A stretch of 64,000 bases of DNA from Eledone cirrhosa (Eukaryota), in assembly GCA_964016885.1 (NCBI GenBank), contig OZ024742.1:284580001-284644000 (forward strand), written 5' to 3'. Made by a program: the position numbers and the translations under genes. Below are positions 40,327 to 54,045 of this stretch, one piece after another (the stretch's first letter is position 1; every line of letters begins with the position of its first letter). The notes below the pieces were generated by a model. That model made no database searches. It had not been told where the DNA came from and saw nothing but the letters and a program-made list of their open reading frames with translations.

Positions 40327-41632
40327 ATACATGCATGCATACCTACATGCATGCATACATGCATACGTACATACGTACATACATACATACTTACATTCAT
40401 ATATGCACACATACATACATACATACATACATACATACATACATACATACATACATACATACATACATACATACATACATCATATAATTAACCACTGACA
40501 GTAACAGATTGTCATCTTATTTAGATAGGGTTACAATTTAAAAAGAATTTTATCCTGCATAAAGAATAGAGTGATCAGTTTATCTTTACTTGCCTGTCTA
40601 TACCTAAATGAGGGAATGTATGTATGTATGTATGTATGTATGTATGTATGTATGTATGTATGTATGTATGTATGTATGTATGTATGTATGTATGTATGTA
40701 CGTATGTATGCATGTATGTATGTATGTATGTATTATGTATGTATGTGTGTATGTGAGAGAGTATGTATAAATGTAAGATTCTATGTAAATATGCATGCAT
40801 GTATGTGTGTATGTGAGTAAGATTACATGTAAATATGCATGTATGTGTGCATGTTTGAATGTATGTATGTACATTTACGTATGAGTGCATATTGTAAAAA
40901 TGCATACATGTGCATTACGTGAATGTTGGTAGTGTATGTATATATGTATCTGTGTATATGTGTGTGTGTGAGTGAATGTAAATGTATGTACATATGTATG
41001 AGTGCGTCTATGTTATTAATGCAATAACTACTACTACAACTACAACTACAACCACTAATACCACCATTATCATCACTACTATTACTACTATATGTATGTA
41101 TGCATGTATGTATTTATGTACGTACGTATGTATGTATGTATGTATGTATGTATGTATGTATGTCTGTATGTATGTATGTATTTATGTATGTATGCATGTA
41201 TGTATTTATGTACGTAAGTATGTATGTATGTACGTATGTACGTATGTATGCATGTATATATGTATGCATGTTTGTATGTATGTATGTATGTTTGTATGTA
41301 TGTATTATGTATGTATGTATGTATGTTTGTATGCATGTATGTGTGTCAGTTTCTTATCAACAGAATGTAGGATAGGATAAGTGTGTTTCTGTAGCAGCTT
41401 GACTGACCACACACATTTAATGTTTTGACTACAGCCATTTGGGGCATTGCCTGCAAAGGTTTATTTGTTGATCGTATTCGACACTATTCGGCGGCGAATT
41501 GGCAGATTCGTTAAGACGTTAAGACGTTGGATAGAATGCTTTACGGCAGGCATGTCAAACATGCGGCCCTTTACAAGAACACCTGCGGCCCGCACGAAAT
41601 TTTTACAGCGCGAGCTTGTTTTATCTTCGTAA

Positions 41633-42979
41633 TCTCTATCTCTATATATATAAAACGGAAGATGTCTGTCTGTGTGTGTGTATGATTTTTATGCATTTCC
41701 ACATTTCTCTACCGATGTTGATGATTTTTTTTCCAATGTGCTCCAAATTTACCAACGATGGTCAACGCGTAATAAACTTTGCCAAAGATTTCCTGCTTCT
41801 ATGAAAAAAATCGATAAAACTAAATACATGCTGTAACCCTCTCTCTTACACGCTTATTGACTCTCTCTACTACCCAACAGCGACAAAACTTCGTTCAGGA
41901 ACGCGACATAAACTTTGAAAACTAAGCAACACATCATTTTATACAACAACAAACATAGTCATAATGCTCTCTCCGTCGCTCTTCCCTCTCTCTATAATAG
42001 ATTATTCCCCCTCTATAATTTAACTGCTTTATTCTCTCTGTCGCTCTTCACTCTCTATATGACAACACTGTTTTACACACCTTCCTATAGTTTCTTAGCT
42101 TTACTCTCTCCATCGCTCTTCCCTCTCTCTATAATAGATTATTCCCCCTCTCTATAATTTAACTGCTGGGGGAGTCATTGGAGTTCCGTATTGACATACG
42201 GCTTTTCTGGGGCATTTTAAATCGGCTTATTGCAAATAACAACTAGCAAAATAACACTTCATATAACAGATTAATGCTATAGACATATGAATCGGAATGT
42301 TTAAATTATTTATTTTTTACGACTTTCATTGGTTAAATATTAATATGACAACACCCAGTGTTGTACTTCTGGCAATTCTGCCGAATACACTGCCAAGGAT
42401 GAACCTTTTCCCCTCGGCGTCAGATATCCTGTTCGATTTCCGGCGATCCCAATTCCCGGTGAGACCATGTTTTGCCATGTCCATTAACAAGTCACAAGGG
42501 TAAACATTGTCGGTGGCGGGCATCCATTTGGGGGAGCCATGCTTCTCCCATGGCCAACTTGATGTTGCTTGTTCCCGCGTAGGGAGCAGGAATGGACTTT
42601 TTACTTACACTCCTCAAGGGATGACACGCAATATCGTCTACAAAGAGGTGCTATAGATGTTGGTGCAGGTGTTGGAGGTGTTGGAGTTATGCCGTCTAGA
42701 AAACTATGTCCTGGTGGGGTCACCCATGGCGGACAGATCTGACACCCAGCGGCATCAGGGCCACCATCTTGCAACTTTGGTCTGCAAAATTCGTTATTGG
42801 AAGATTATTAACCCGTCATTGATTGTCCAAAATGCTAATTGGTTCGTAACTTTTAATAACATGTTCAACTGCTTTATGCACTTAATTGATAAGCTTATTC
42901 GCTTTCAAGCCACGTTTACCTGTATGTAACTTTTCATAGTAAATGAACAAACCCGAGCAACGCCGGGCTAAACTGCTAG
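41633..42979 (+). mobile_element. Non-autonomous Helitron
   Basis: 5' TC after A; 3' hairpin CCCGAGCAACGCCGGG (42952-42967) then CTAG before T. Contains a Pif1-like helicase remnant. Confidence 0.85.
42388..42655 (+). pseudogene. Helitron RepHel Pif1-like helicase C-terminal remnant
   Basis: LPRM..RRSQFPVRPCFAMSINKSQG*TL..CFSHGQLDVACSRV..TRNIVYKEVL*. Confidence 0.85.
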
Positions 42980-43249
42980 TATAAAATAAAAAATATTAGA
43001 TGTAATATGCGCAATTAGTAGTGGCCCTCAGACAACACATATGAGACCCATGTGGCCCTCGGGGGACCCTCAGTTTGACATGCCTGCTTTACGGTATTCG
43101 TCCCACCTCATTGCACGTTCTGAGTTCAAATCCCGCTGTGATCAACTTTGCCTTTCATCCTTTCGAGGTCTATAAAAATAGTACCAGTACAGTACTGAAG
43201 TCGATTCTTCCTCTATGGAAAAAATCAGCTGTGTTCAGACCTGGAGAGG

Positions 43250-44965
43250 TCACAATCACCCTCACCGTCACGATCACCATCACCACCATCACACCACAAC
43301 ACCACTACACTACCACCACACGACTACAACTACACCATCACACCACTAATCCACTACTCCACTACACCACTACCACTACGCCACTACACCAGCACCACAC
43401 TACCACCATCATCAAGCAACCACAATCATCACTCCGGACGCTACACCCCCGAGCATCCATCACACCAAGCACACCATCGCACCACCACATCACCACACCA
43501 CCACCACCACGACTACCATACCACCACCACGCCACCACCACCCCACAACACCATCACAAAACCACACCACGACACCACCATCACACCACCACAACACCAC
43601 ACTCCCACCACACCACCACACCACATTTCCACTACCATCACACCGTCACACCACACCACCACCATCACAACACCACCACACCAACACACCACAACACCAC
43701 ACTCCCACCACCACACCACTACACCATCACAACACCACACAACCATACCACCACACAACCACACCACCACACCACCACAACACCACAACACCACCACACC
43801 ACTACACCACCACACCACTACACCACCACACCACTACACCACCACACTCCCACACCACCACACCACCACACAACCACACCACCACCACACAATCACAGCA
43901 CCACGCCACCACACCACCACACCACCACACAACCACACCACTACAACACCACAACACCACACCGCCACACCACCACACCACCACATCACCACACAACAAC
44001 ACCACCACACAATCACACCACCACACCACCACACCACCACACCACCACCACACAACCACACCACCACACAATCACACCACCACACCACCACCACACCACC
44101 ACACCACCACACCACCACACCACCACCACACCACCACACCATCACACCACCACACAACCACACCACCACACCACCACACCACCACACCACCACACCACCA
44201 CCACACCACCACACCACCACACCACCACACCAACACACCACCACACCACCACACCACCACACAATCACACCACCACACCACCACCACACCACCACACCAC
44301 CACACCACCACACCACCACCACACCACCACACCATCACACCACCACACAACCACACCACCATACCACCACACCACCACACCACCACACCACCACACCACC
44401 ACCACACCACCACACCACCACACCAACACACCACCACACCACCACACCACCACCACACCACCACACCACCACACCACCACACAACCCCACCAACACCCCA
44501 CCACACCATCACACCACCACACAACCACACCACCACACCACCACACCACCACACCACCACACCACCACCACACCACCACACCACCACCACACCGCACCAT
44601 CACACCACCACCACAACACCACCACAGCAACACCACTCCACCACCACCACCACACCACCACACCACCACACCACCACACAACCACACCACCACACCACCA
44701 CACCACCACACAACCACACCACCACACCACCACACAACCACACCACCACACAACCACACCACCACACAACCACACCAACACCCCACCACACCATCACACC
44801 ACCACACCACCACACCACCACACAACCACACCACCACACAACCACACCAACACCCCACCACACCATCACCCCACCACACCATCACACCACCACACAACCA
44901 CACCACCACACCACCACACCACCACACCACCACATAACCACACCACCACAGCAACACCACGCCAC
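43250..44965. repeat. CAC/ACC-rich low-complexity satellite
   Basis: Iterated CACACCAC-type units on the + strand. Confidence 0.9.
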
Positions 44966-45618
44966 CATTTTTCATCTCTGCTGAGTGTCTTTCACGTATT
45001 TGTAAGACCAATGTTATCTTTATGGCGATTTATGATCGCATCTGGAGCTTCTCACTCGGCTGTCGCGGGCGTCTGTGTATGTATGTGTATATGTGTATAT
45101 CTGTGTATGTGTGTATGTGTGTATGTGTGTATGTGTGTATGTGTGTGTGTGTGTATATCTATGTATGTGTGTGTGTGTATATCTATGCATGTGTGTGCGT
45201 ATATCTATGTATGTGTGTATGTGTATATCTATGTAAGTGTGTGTGTGTATCTGTGTATGTATGTGTGTATATCTGTGTATGTGTGTTTGTATGTATGTGT
45301 ATTTGTGTATGTATATCTATGTATGTGTGTATGTGTATATCTATGTATGTGTGTGTGTATCTGTATATGTATGTGTGTATATCTGTGTATGTGTGTGTGT
45401 GTGTATGTGCATGTATGTGTATGTGTGTGTATGTGCATGTATGTGTATATGCTTGATGTGTATGTAGCAGGATGGTTGTTTGTGTGTATGTGTATGTGTA
45501 TGTGTATATGTATGTGTATGTGAGTGTTTGTGTATATGCTTGATGTGTATGTGAGTATATATTTACGTGTATATAGAAGGATGGTTGTTTGTATATGTGT
45601 GTGCATGTCTGTGTATGT

Positions 45619-45656
<38 letters not shown>

Positions 45657-45775
45657 ATGTATGCCTATATCTGTGTGTATGTATATGATTGATGTGTATG
45701 CGAATATGTATTTACGTGTATATAGAAAAATGGTTGTTTGTATGTATGTGTGTGTGTGTCTATGTATGTGTATAT

Positions 45776-46086
45776 GAACATTTGTCCTGGCCCAAACCCA
45801 TTCCTATACCCTTGAGAACGTCGTAACTAGGTCTAGATTTATCGTCATTCCATATATGTTCATCCACAAAAAAGTTATGGGTTAGGTTTGCATTTCTGTC
45901 CTCCTGTGAGTCAATTATTCATCCTTCACGTTTCTAGAGCAGAAAGGACAAGGAGTTTAATGACAGAATAAATAGTAGCACAGAGAGACTGTCTCCTTGA
46001 AATATACCTCTGTGATATTCTATTTTATCGGTGAAAATAGAGTCTCCCTTCACTGTTTTTTTTTACTTTAGGATAGCGCAAGAAGA

Positions 46087-46087
<1 letters not shown>
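45776..46087 (-). mobile_element. R4/Dong-like family 1, internal RT fragment
   Basis: Colinear with 37140-37470 (GIFQGDSL, NLTHNFFVD region); abuts (TATG)n at 46089-46159. Confidence 0.8.
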
Positions 46088-46117
<30 letters not shown>

Positions 46118-47971
46118 TGTATGTATGTATGTATGTATGTATGTATGTATGTATGTATGTCAAAGGGCAAAGGAGCTCTTAAGAGTCAATGGCCATCCAA
46201 AATCACCGGGAGAGATGACCCCTTAGCCTTTGTCAAGGCAGAATTCTAGGAGAAGGAAAACTCTGATATAACACCTGCAACCCTGATGGTATCCAATGAT
46301 GTTGACTTGTTCTTCTTTTTGGTAAATATCATCTTGGTTAAGAGAGTGGGACTGGCTTTGTGCAGTGCCTTTGCTCACTATAAAAGCTTCACGGCACAGG
46401 CATTGCTTTATATCTGGAGATCTCTCTGCACTTGTCGTCACATGGTACTATGGGCCTAGCACTATGTGTCAATAATTGTCACAAGTGTAGTGTTTGTACC
46501 AGAGTTTTCAAGTCGCTGGCTGGACTAAAAAGTCACACTCGTTCAGCGCATCGGTAGGGGTTCTCCTACATGGATATAAAGTAGTGGCCGTACTCGAAAA
46601 CGAGTTGGCAGCCACCATGTATCCTAAACGGACGGTAGTCCGTTTAGTAATATTGTTGTGGTCGTGTTTTCGTTGGCAATCGTCTGTTTACGACAGTACA
46701 GCGCGGCTCTACTTTATTTAACTGAGATAAAACTTATATGAGCATGAACAGTAGATCATTACGCATCTTTTGGCTTAAAAATCTAGAAATTTGGTCCAGC
46801 GGGAAAAAGTTTATAATCAAAGTTTGCTGATAAATCTTGTGTTCAAGTGATTGAGTAGTAAGCGTGACGCTAGGGGAGGTAATCCAGAAATGACGTAGCT
46901 TTGTCATTAAGCCAGTTGCCTCAACTAGATTGCAATTATACTCAAAAGAACTTTAAACTGTCAATCACTTGTCAGTAATTCACTATGATCATTTACTTAT
47001 TAGATAGTTGTTGCTTGCATTGCCTTACAATAGAAAAATGCGTACAGCAAAAAAAAGTAATATTGTTGGAATATAAACCTTTAAAAATACAGGACAAGAA
47101 ACTAAAATAAAACTTTAAAAGAATAGGACAAGAAACTAAGATAAAACTTTAAAAGAATAGGACAAGAAACTATGATAAAACTTTAAAGAATTGGACAAGA
47201 AATAAAAAATTTTACAATAATATTAGTGGCAAAATTTTTTTATTCGTTTCCTGTGCTATGCCCCAGTATCTTCTTGATTAGTGCATAATAATTGTCATGC
47301 TCTCATTGTGCGTTGCCCCTGAGCGGTTGGTTCTGGTTGGGGTTGGTTGGCTGAGCAGTTCTGCTCCGTCAGAATAACCATTGCAAGAAGAATTGGCCGA
47401 TGCAGCTGCAGGTCTCCTCCAAGAATGCACTTCTGGTCCCGCAACACCAGACGAAGATGGAGAAGACGACCGGGACAAGATGTCGACTCTGACCACCGAC
47501 TACGGCACCTCGCTCAACCACCGGTCCTCCTTCCCTCTGTCCCGTCATCCCTCCACTCCTCCTGCTCCCCCTTCCTATACCAGAAAGCTGTGGCACGCAT
47601 TCATCTGGACTGCCGGACTTGAACTCAAGGACAAGATGCAAGGAGAAGATGGACGGGTTGGTCAAGATCAAGGATGAGCGGGACGACAAGACCGTCTGCT
47701 GCTGCTCAAGATCTGTGCTCATGGGCCCATGGGTCCATTCACATTATGCATGATACATGAGGCGTGTCGCCGAATGATGAAATAGGGGTATGGTTATGGC
47801 CCAATTGGTGTTCAAACCAGGATCAAATGATCCCCCCGGTCTGACGACGACCTCTGAATGTGGAACCCAGAGCCTATGAATGTACTTTTAAAGGTTTATA
47901 TTCCAACAATATGTATTTTTTTTGCTGTACGCATTTTTCTATATCTGATGTATGTATACACATTGGTGTAT

Positions 47972-48213
47972 GTTCTTCTGGTTTTATAATTTCACAAAGT
48001 TTTACCAATAGAGAGAGAGTCGGTTTCTAACATAGACACAAGACTCTCTCATTGGAATTTATACAACATCAACTAGGTAAATACGTATGCATGTGTAGAT
48101 ATGGATGTTATTGTATGTGTGGATGTGTATGTTTTGAGTTGTATGTGTGCATGTGTATATATATGCTTTGTATCTGTACATGTGTATATGCAGTTATTAG
48201 ATGCAACATTTTT
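47972..48213 (-). mobile_element. R4/Dong-like family 1, 3' UTR fragment
   Basis: Near-identical to 35497-35715. Confidence 0.85.
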
Positions 48214-48232
48214 TATGTATGTATGTACATAC

Positions 48233-50179
48233 TACAAGACAATCTAGCAACATTGTCATTAATGGTCTAACTGTTTCACTGATATCTGACGAAGACTACT
48301 ACAGATACCTGGGGATAGATGAGAACATATCCTACAATGGTATCTGTAACAAGGAACGTGTAACCGGGAATATTACACCCGGTTAAGAAAAATATGGTCA
48401 TCCGAACTCTCTGCGTACAATAAAACAATGACTCCCAATGTGTTTGCTGTGCCTGTCCTAACACCAACGTTTGGAATAGTCGATTCGACGATAGACGAAA
48501 TCCGAGTTATTGATGTTAAAAGCCCCCAAATCCTAAATAACACCATCTTCCACATCAACAATGGCATAGGCCACCTCAACTTGAAACGTAAACAGGCAGG
48601 CGGAGGCCTAACATCAGTCCAGACGGCATTTGAGTGTCGCATCATATCCCTCCGACAACATCTACGAACCACCAAGCGCATGACCCCATCTATTGTGCAA
48701 GTCTGTCTACATACTCATGAGAGTTGGGAAGGAACTCCTTGAAAAATACTCCCTGCATGATAATCAGAAACACACCCACACCCAGGGAAATTGCCCAACA
48801 ATACCGCAGTGAATCCATGGATGAAAAACTACATGCTTATCAACAAAAAAATCATACATGGATATGTTGCCAGGAGGCTCCAGAGTGAAAGTAATATGGA
48901 TAAGCAAAGTAGTCTATCTTGGACCAACAACCGCTATATTGGCACCCACTTTAAAGATATGCTTTTGCAACCTAAGCACATAAAATAACAACGAAATACC
49001 TTATGCCCAAAAGAGATAGGGATACAGTCAAAACACCTAGATGTGACAACAAATGCAGACTGCGGAATTAACATCGAAGATTTCACCCATGATGTCATCA
49101 CGGTACTATCTATCTATGAGGCATGATGTAGTGGCCAAAACACTGTACAATGCAATCCGTAGAAAAGATAACTCCGACAATAAGCATATTAAAAGTTACA
49201 ACAATGTGGAAGACATATACATACATAATATGAAAGAGTACTGGTGGAATGTTCCAGTCAAAACTCCAATAAAATGCAAATATAACAGACCAGATATAAT
49301 GATATGGGACAGGGAAAATAAGGCATGCACAGTAGTGGAAGTCGGCTGCCCAACAGATGCCAATATAATATCAAAGATTAGCGAAAAGGAGAATATGTAT
49401 GCAGAACTAATGAGGAATCTACAGATACTCCACCCTGAATACCTGTGATTATTGGGGCACTGGGATATGTTAGTAACTGCCTCAGTACAAAACTTGAGAA
49501 GCTGGGCTTCTCAAAACTAGAAAGAATTTTAGTTAGGAATAGTTAGGAATTTACAAGTACAAATATGTAAAACATTCCAAATATTCTGCATGAAATAACT
49601 GCATATACACATGTACAGATACAAAACATATACACGTGTACACATAACACAAGCATACAGGTCCACATATACAATAACATCTATACCTGCACACACACGC
49701 GCATGTAGGCTTGCATACATATTTACCTAGGTGATATTGTCTAAATTCCAATTAAAGTGTCTTGTGTCTATGTTAGAAACCAGCTCTTACTCTAATGGTA
49801 AAAATATATAAAATAATTGTTTCTATTTTAGGCACAAGGCCAGCAATTACCCAGTACATTACTGGTACTTTATTTTATCGACCCCGTAAGGATGAAAGGC
49901 AAAGTTAACCTCGGTGGCTTAACTTTGCCTTTCATCCTTACGGGGTCGATAAAATAAAGTACCAGTAATGTACTGGGTAATTGCTGGCCTTGTGCCTAAA
50001 ATAGAAACAATTATTTTATATATTTTTACCATTAGAATAAGAGCTGGTTTCTAACATAGACACAAGACACTTTAATTGGAATTTAGACAATATCACCTAG
50101 GTAAATATGTATGCAAGCCTACATGCGCGTGTGTGTGCAGGTATAGATGTTATTGTATATAAAATAATTAAACCAGAAC
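48233..50179 (+). mobile_element. 5'-truncated, decayed R4/Dong-like family 1 copy; its 3' UTR is interrupted by a SINE fold-back insertion
   Basis: YRYLGIDE, FAVPVLTPTFG, RHD and NRPDIMIWD motifs. The terminal AAACCAGAAC + (CATA)n resumes at 50170 after the palindrome. Confidence 0.85.
49667..50160. repeat. Palindrome, 242-bp arms, 10-nt spacer
   Basis: 49667-49908 versus 49919-50160, one mismatch seen. Confidence 0.95.
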
Positions 50180-50470
50180 ATGCATACATACATACATACA
50201 TACATACATACATACATACATACATACATACATACATACATACATACATACATGATGGCTGCCAACTCGTTTTCGAGTATGGCCACTACTTTATATCCAT
50301 GTAGGAGAACCCCTACCGATGCGCCGAACGAGTGTGACTTTTTAGTCTAGCCAGCAACTTGAAAACTCTGGTACAAACACTACACTTGTGACAATTATTG
50401 ACACATAATGCTGGGCCCATGGTACCATGTGATGACAAAATGCATACATACATACATACATACACATCTA

Positions 50471-50719
50471 GTTAGAAAATTACAATTACAATCCATTAAT
50501 AGAACACTAAAAATATGTAAAACATTCCAAAAACTTTGCATCTAATAACTGCATATGCATTTGTACAGATACAAAGCATATGCACATGCACACATACACA
50601 TCCACACATACAATAACATCCATACCTGCACACACATGCATGTATGCAGACATGCAGACATATCTACCTAGTTGGTGTTGTGTAAATTCGAATGAGAGAG
50701 TCTTGTAACTATGTTAGAT

Positions 50720-50784
<65 letters not shown>

Positions 50785-50827
50785 TGGCAAAAATTTGTGA
50801 AATTATAAAACCAGAAGGACATACATA
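50471..50827 (+). mobile_element. R4/Dong-like family 1, 3'-end fragment with an expanded (TC)n tract
   Basis: KICKTFQ-encoding end and the same 3' UTR; starts after (CATA)n and ends GAAGGACATACATA. Confidence 0.85.
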
Positions 50828-51418
50828 TATTTGTGTTTTTCCATGTATAATTATATGGATTATTGTAGTGAAAGCTTCTTTTAATAAGGTGTAGGGTGTC
50901 AAATATGTATATGTTGTGTATTTGTGTACTTGTGTGTGTGTGAGTGTGTATATGTGTGTATTTATGTATGTATTAATTATATAGGTTGTTGTATTTAACC
51001 CATATTAAGATGGATTATGATATATGTATTGTTAAATGTGTATGTGCTATTTATTTGTATGTGCATATTTATGTGTATATTATTTTGTTTAACTTATTAT
51101 ATTTAACCGTATTTGGGTACAGTGTAATATGTGTATGGACATGAGACCGATTTAGTCTGGGCCTGTATGCATCCATGCTGAGAGGATATGTGAACGTATG
51201 TGTGGGCATCTTCTATATATCTCATTCTTTGTGTTTAGGTATTTATCAGATTCCAAACCCCGAAGTATCCTTCATTTATCATTTAGGCAAAGGGAACACT
51301 TTTAGTTTCTTTAATATATATACGGGTTACCTTGTGCCAATCCTCTGCGAAACGCGTGTAACAGGTCGATACACAATAAATATTTTTCATATGTAAACGA
51401 AACTTCCTCTTTTTTTTC

Positions 51419-51482
<64 letters not shown>

Positions 51483-51974
51483 AAGGTAAAACTATATATA
51501 CAAAGTTCAAATGTATGTAGAGTATTATATATAATAGTATATAATTGCCACGTCGTTTCAGAACTCAGAACTAGCTCAATATTACTCGTTATGTCAATTG
51601 ATAGAGTTGAGATGTTCTCCGTCCTATCTAAGGTAGGAAGTTAATTTCGGATATATTCTGCTTCAATTTGATATGTTTTTTTTTTTTTATTCCTCCGAAG
51701 ATGGAGAAGTACAAACAATATCTTTATATCATTGTGTATGTATAGATCTTGATTATACGAATTTTCACCTAACATAATTCGAATAATTTAATGTACAACT
51801 CTCTTGAAACATGTCTAAGGAATTCAAAATGATTGAAAAGCTAATTTTTCCATCTATATATTTGATTGTTTATATGTATGTTTATATATATGTGTGTTTG
51901 ATTGACTTGTATACACATTTGCTCATTCTGAAAAAATGAGGTACTAATTTTTTTTGCATATAATTAGTACACTT

Positions 51975-52079
<105 letters not shown>

Positions 52080-52847
52080 AAGTGCAATAATTATATGCAA
52101 ATTAGTACCTCCATTTCAGAATGAGCGAATATGTATACAAGTTCATCAAACACGTGTTGCCTCTTGGTTTTTCAGATGATACACAAATCTTCTCATGAAA
52201 ACCCAACTAGGTCCGGAAATCGATTAAAGACTTTTATCATTTTTTTTTTTATTATTTACTTGGAAATTCTTATTTCTGTCATGTTTACTTATATACACAT
52301 TGGCGCAGTCTCGGTTACCCACTCTCTATATATACAGATATAACTTTATATATATATATCAGTAATACAACAGGCTTCTGCAGTTTCCATCTACCTAATA
52401 CCACTCATAAAGCGCTGGCCAACTCAAAGCTATAGTGGAAAACACTTGCCCGGGGTGCTACGCAGCTGAACTGAACAAAGAATCACGTGGATGCAAAGCG
52501 ATCTCTTTAACCACATATCCATACCAACGTATGCTTAAAGATTAATTAACAATATGTATGAACGTCATTTTCTGTTGCTTCAGTTCACTCAACCGAAAAT
52601 GTGTACCAGCGGCAGTCGACGGACTGGCTTCTCGCCCAAGGAAGAGTCGCTTAGTGCCGATGAAACTGAGATAAATTCCAGGCTTCATCCAATTCGTAAA
52701 ACGGTAATTCTGAGATGAGGTAATGTAATCCTCGATGGAGGGTCTATAAAAGATGGCTCTACTGGTACGTCGGTCCGAGGGCCGGAGAACCAATGCTGGG
52801 TCCGTGAGTAATAATACATGTATTTGGGCCTTAAATTTTCAATTCAG

Positions 52848-53917
52848 TTGTTATTTATGCTGTTGTTGCTGTTAATGTAGTTGTTGATGTTGTTATTGTT
52901 GTTATTGTTGTTGATGATGATGATGATGCTTGTTTTGTTGTTGCCAACGACGACGGTGATGATGATGATGTTATTATCATTGTTATTGTTGGTGATGATG
53001 ATGAGAAGGATGACGACAATGATGATGATGTTGATAAAAATGACGATCTTGTTCTTATTGTTGTTACTGTTGTTGATGTTATTGTCCTTATTATTGTTGT
53101 TGTTATCGTTGTTGTTGTGATTGATGATGATGATGACGACGATGATGATGATGATGATGACATTGTTGTTGTTACTGTTGTTACCGCTGTTGTTATTGCT
53201 ACTGTTGATATTGTTGTTGATGCTGACATCCCTGTTGTTGTTATTGTTATTGTTGCTTTTGTTGTTAGTGTCGTTGTTGTTATTGTTGTTATTTTTGTTG
53301 TTGCTGATGATGCCATTGCTGCGTTGTTGTCCTTTCTTGGTGTCGATGTTATTACAGGTAAAATTCAGTTATAACGAATACCATTATAACGAATTTTTTT
53401 TTAATCCCCGAGTTAATAATAAACAAACCTTCAATTTATTTCGGTCGATCTCGTTAAAAAAATGTTTTCGTTACAACGAATTTTTTTATACCTCGTCAAT
53501 TTCGTTACAGGTAAAATCCCGTTATAACGAAAACCATTATAACGAATTTTTCAGTATAACGAAATTTTCTTCCATCCCCGGCCACATGCTCGATGTGTTA
53601 CGGTCGATCTCGTTGTAAACAATTTTTCGTTACAACGAATTTTTTTAATACTCTGTGAATTTCGTTATAACGGAATTTCACTGTATTACTATTGTTGTTG
53701 TAGGCGTTATTGTTGTCCCTTGACGTTGTTGTTGTTTTCCTTCTTATTCTTGTTCTTGTTGCTGCTGCAACCACTGTTGTTGTTGTCTATGTTGTTGTCA
53801 TTGTTATCCCTCGTTGCTATTATTGTTGTTATTGTTGTTGTTGTTTTGTATTGTTGTTGCTGTTGCTATTGCTGTGAATGCTTGTTATTGTTGTTGATGT
53901 AGTGTTGTTGTTGTCGC

Positions 53918-53948
<31 letters not shown>

Positions 53949-54045
53949 GATGCAGTGTTGTTGCCGCTGTTGTTGTTGTTGATGTTGATGTTGTTATTAC
54001 TGTTGATGCAGTGTTGTTGTTGTTGTCCGATGTTGGTGTTGGGTG
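52848..54045. repeat. Degenerate (GTT)/(GAT) trinucleotide tract
   Basis: Runs of GTT/GAT/ATT triplets interrupted by a MITE. Confidence 0.85.
53355..53683. mobile_element. Tc1/pogo-like MITE with a duplicated left half
   Basis: TA-flanked imperfect TIRs CAGGTAAAATTCAGTTATAACGAA / TTCGTTATAACGGAATTTCACTG; a second left end starts at ~53509. Confidence 0.7.

Larger units (their letters stand above)
41547..43086. mobile_element. hAT-type MITE (hosts the Helitron)
   Basis: Perfect 14-bp TIRs CAGGCATGTCAAAC / GTTTGACATGCCTG and an 8-bp TSD CTTTACGG (41539-41546, 43087-43094). Confidence 0.9.

Noticed and set aside
38103-41380. Many YIHT/MYVC and YIYI ORFs here and elsewhere
   Set aside because: Translations of (CATA)n, (TA)n, (CA)n and (GA)n microsatellites.
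43075-44937. 620-aa His/Thr/Pro-rich ORF
   Set aside because: Stop-free by-product of a CAC satellite; it begins inside a MITE end and SINE.
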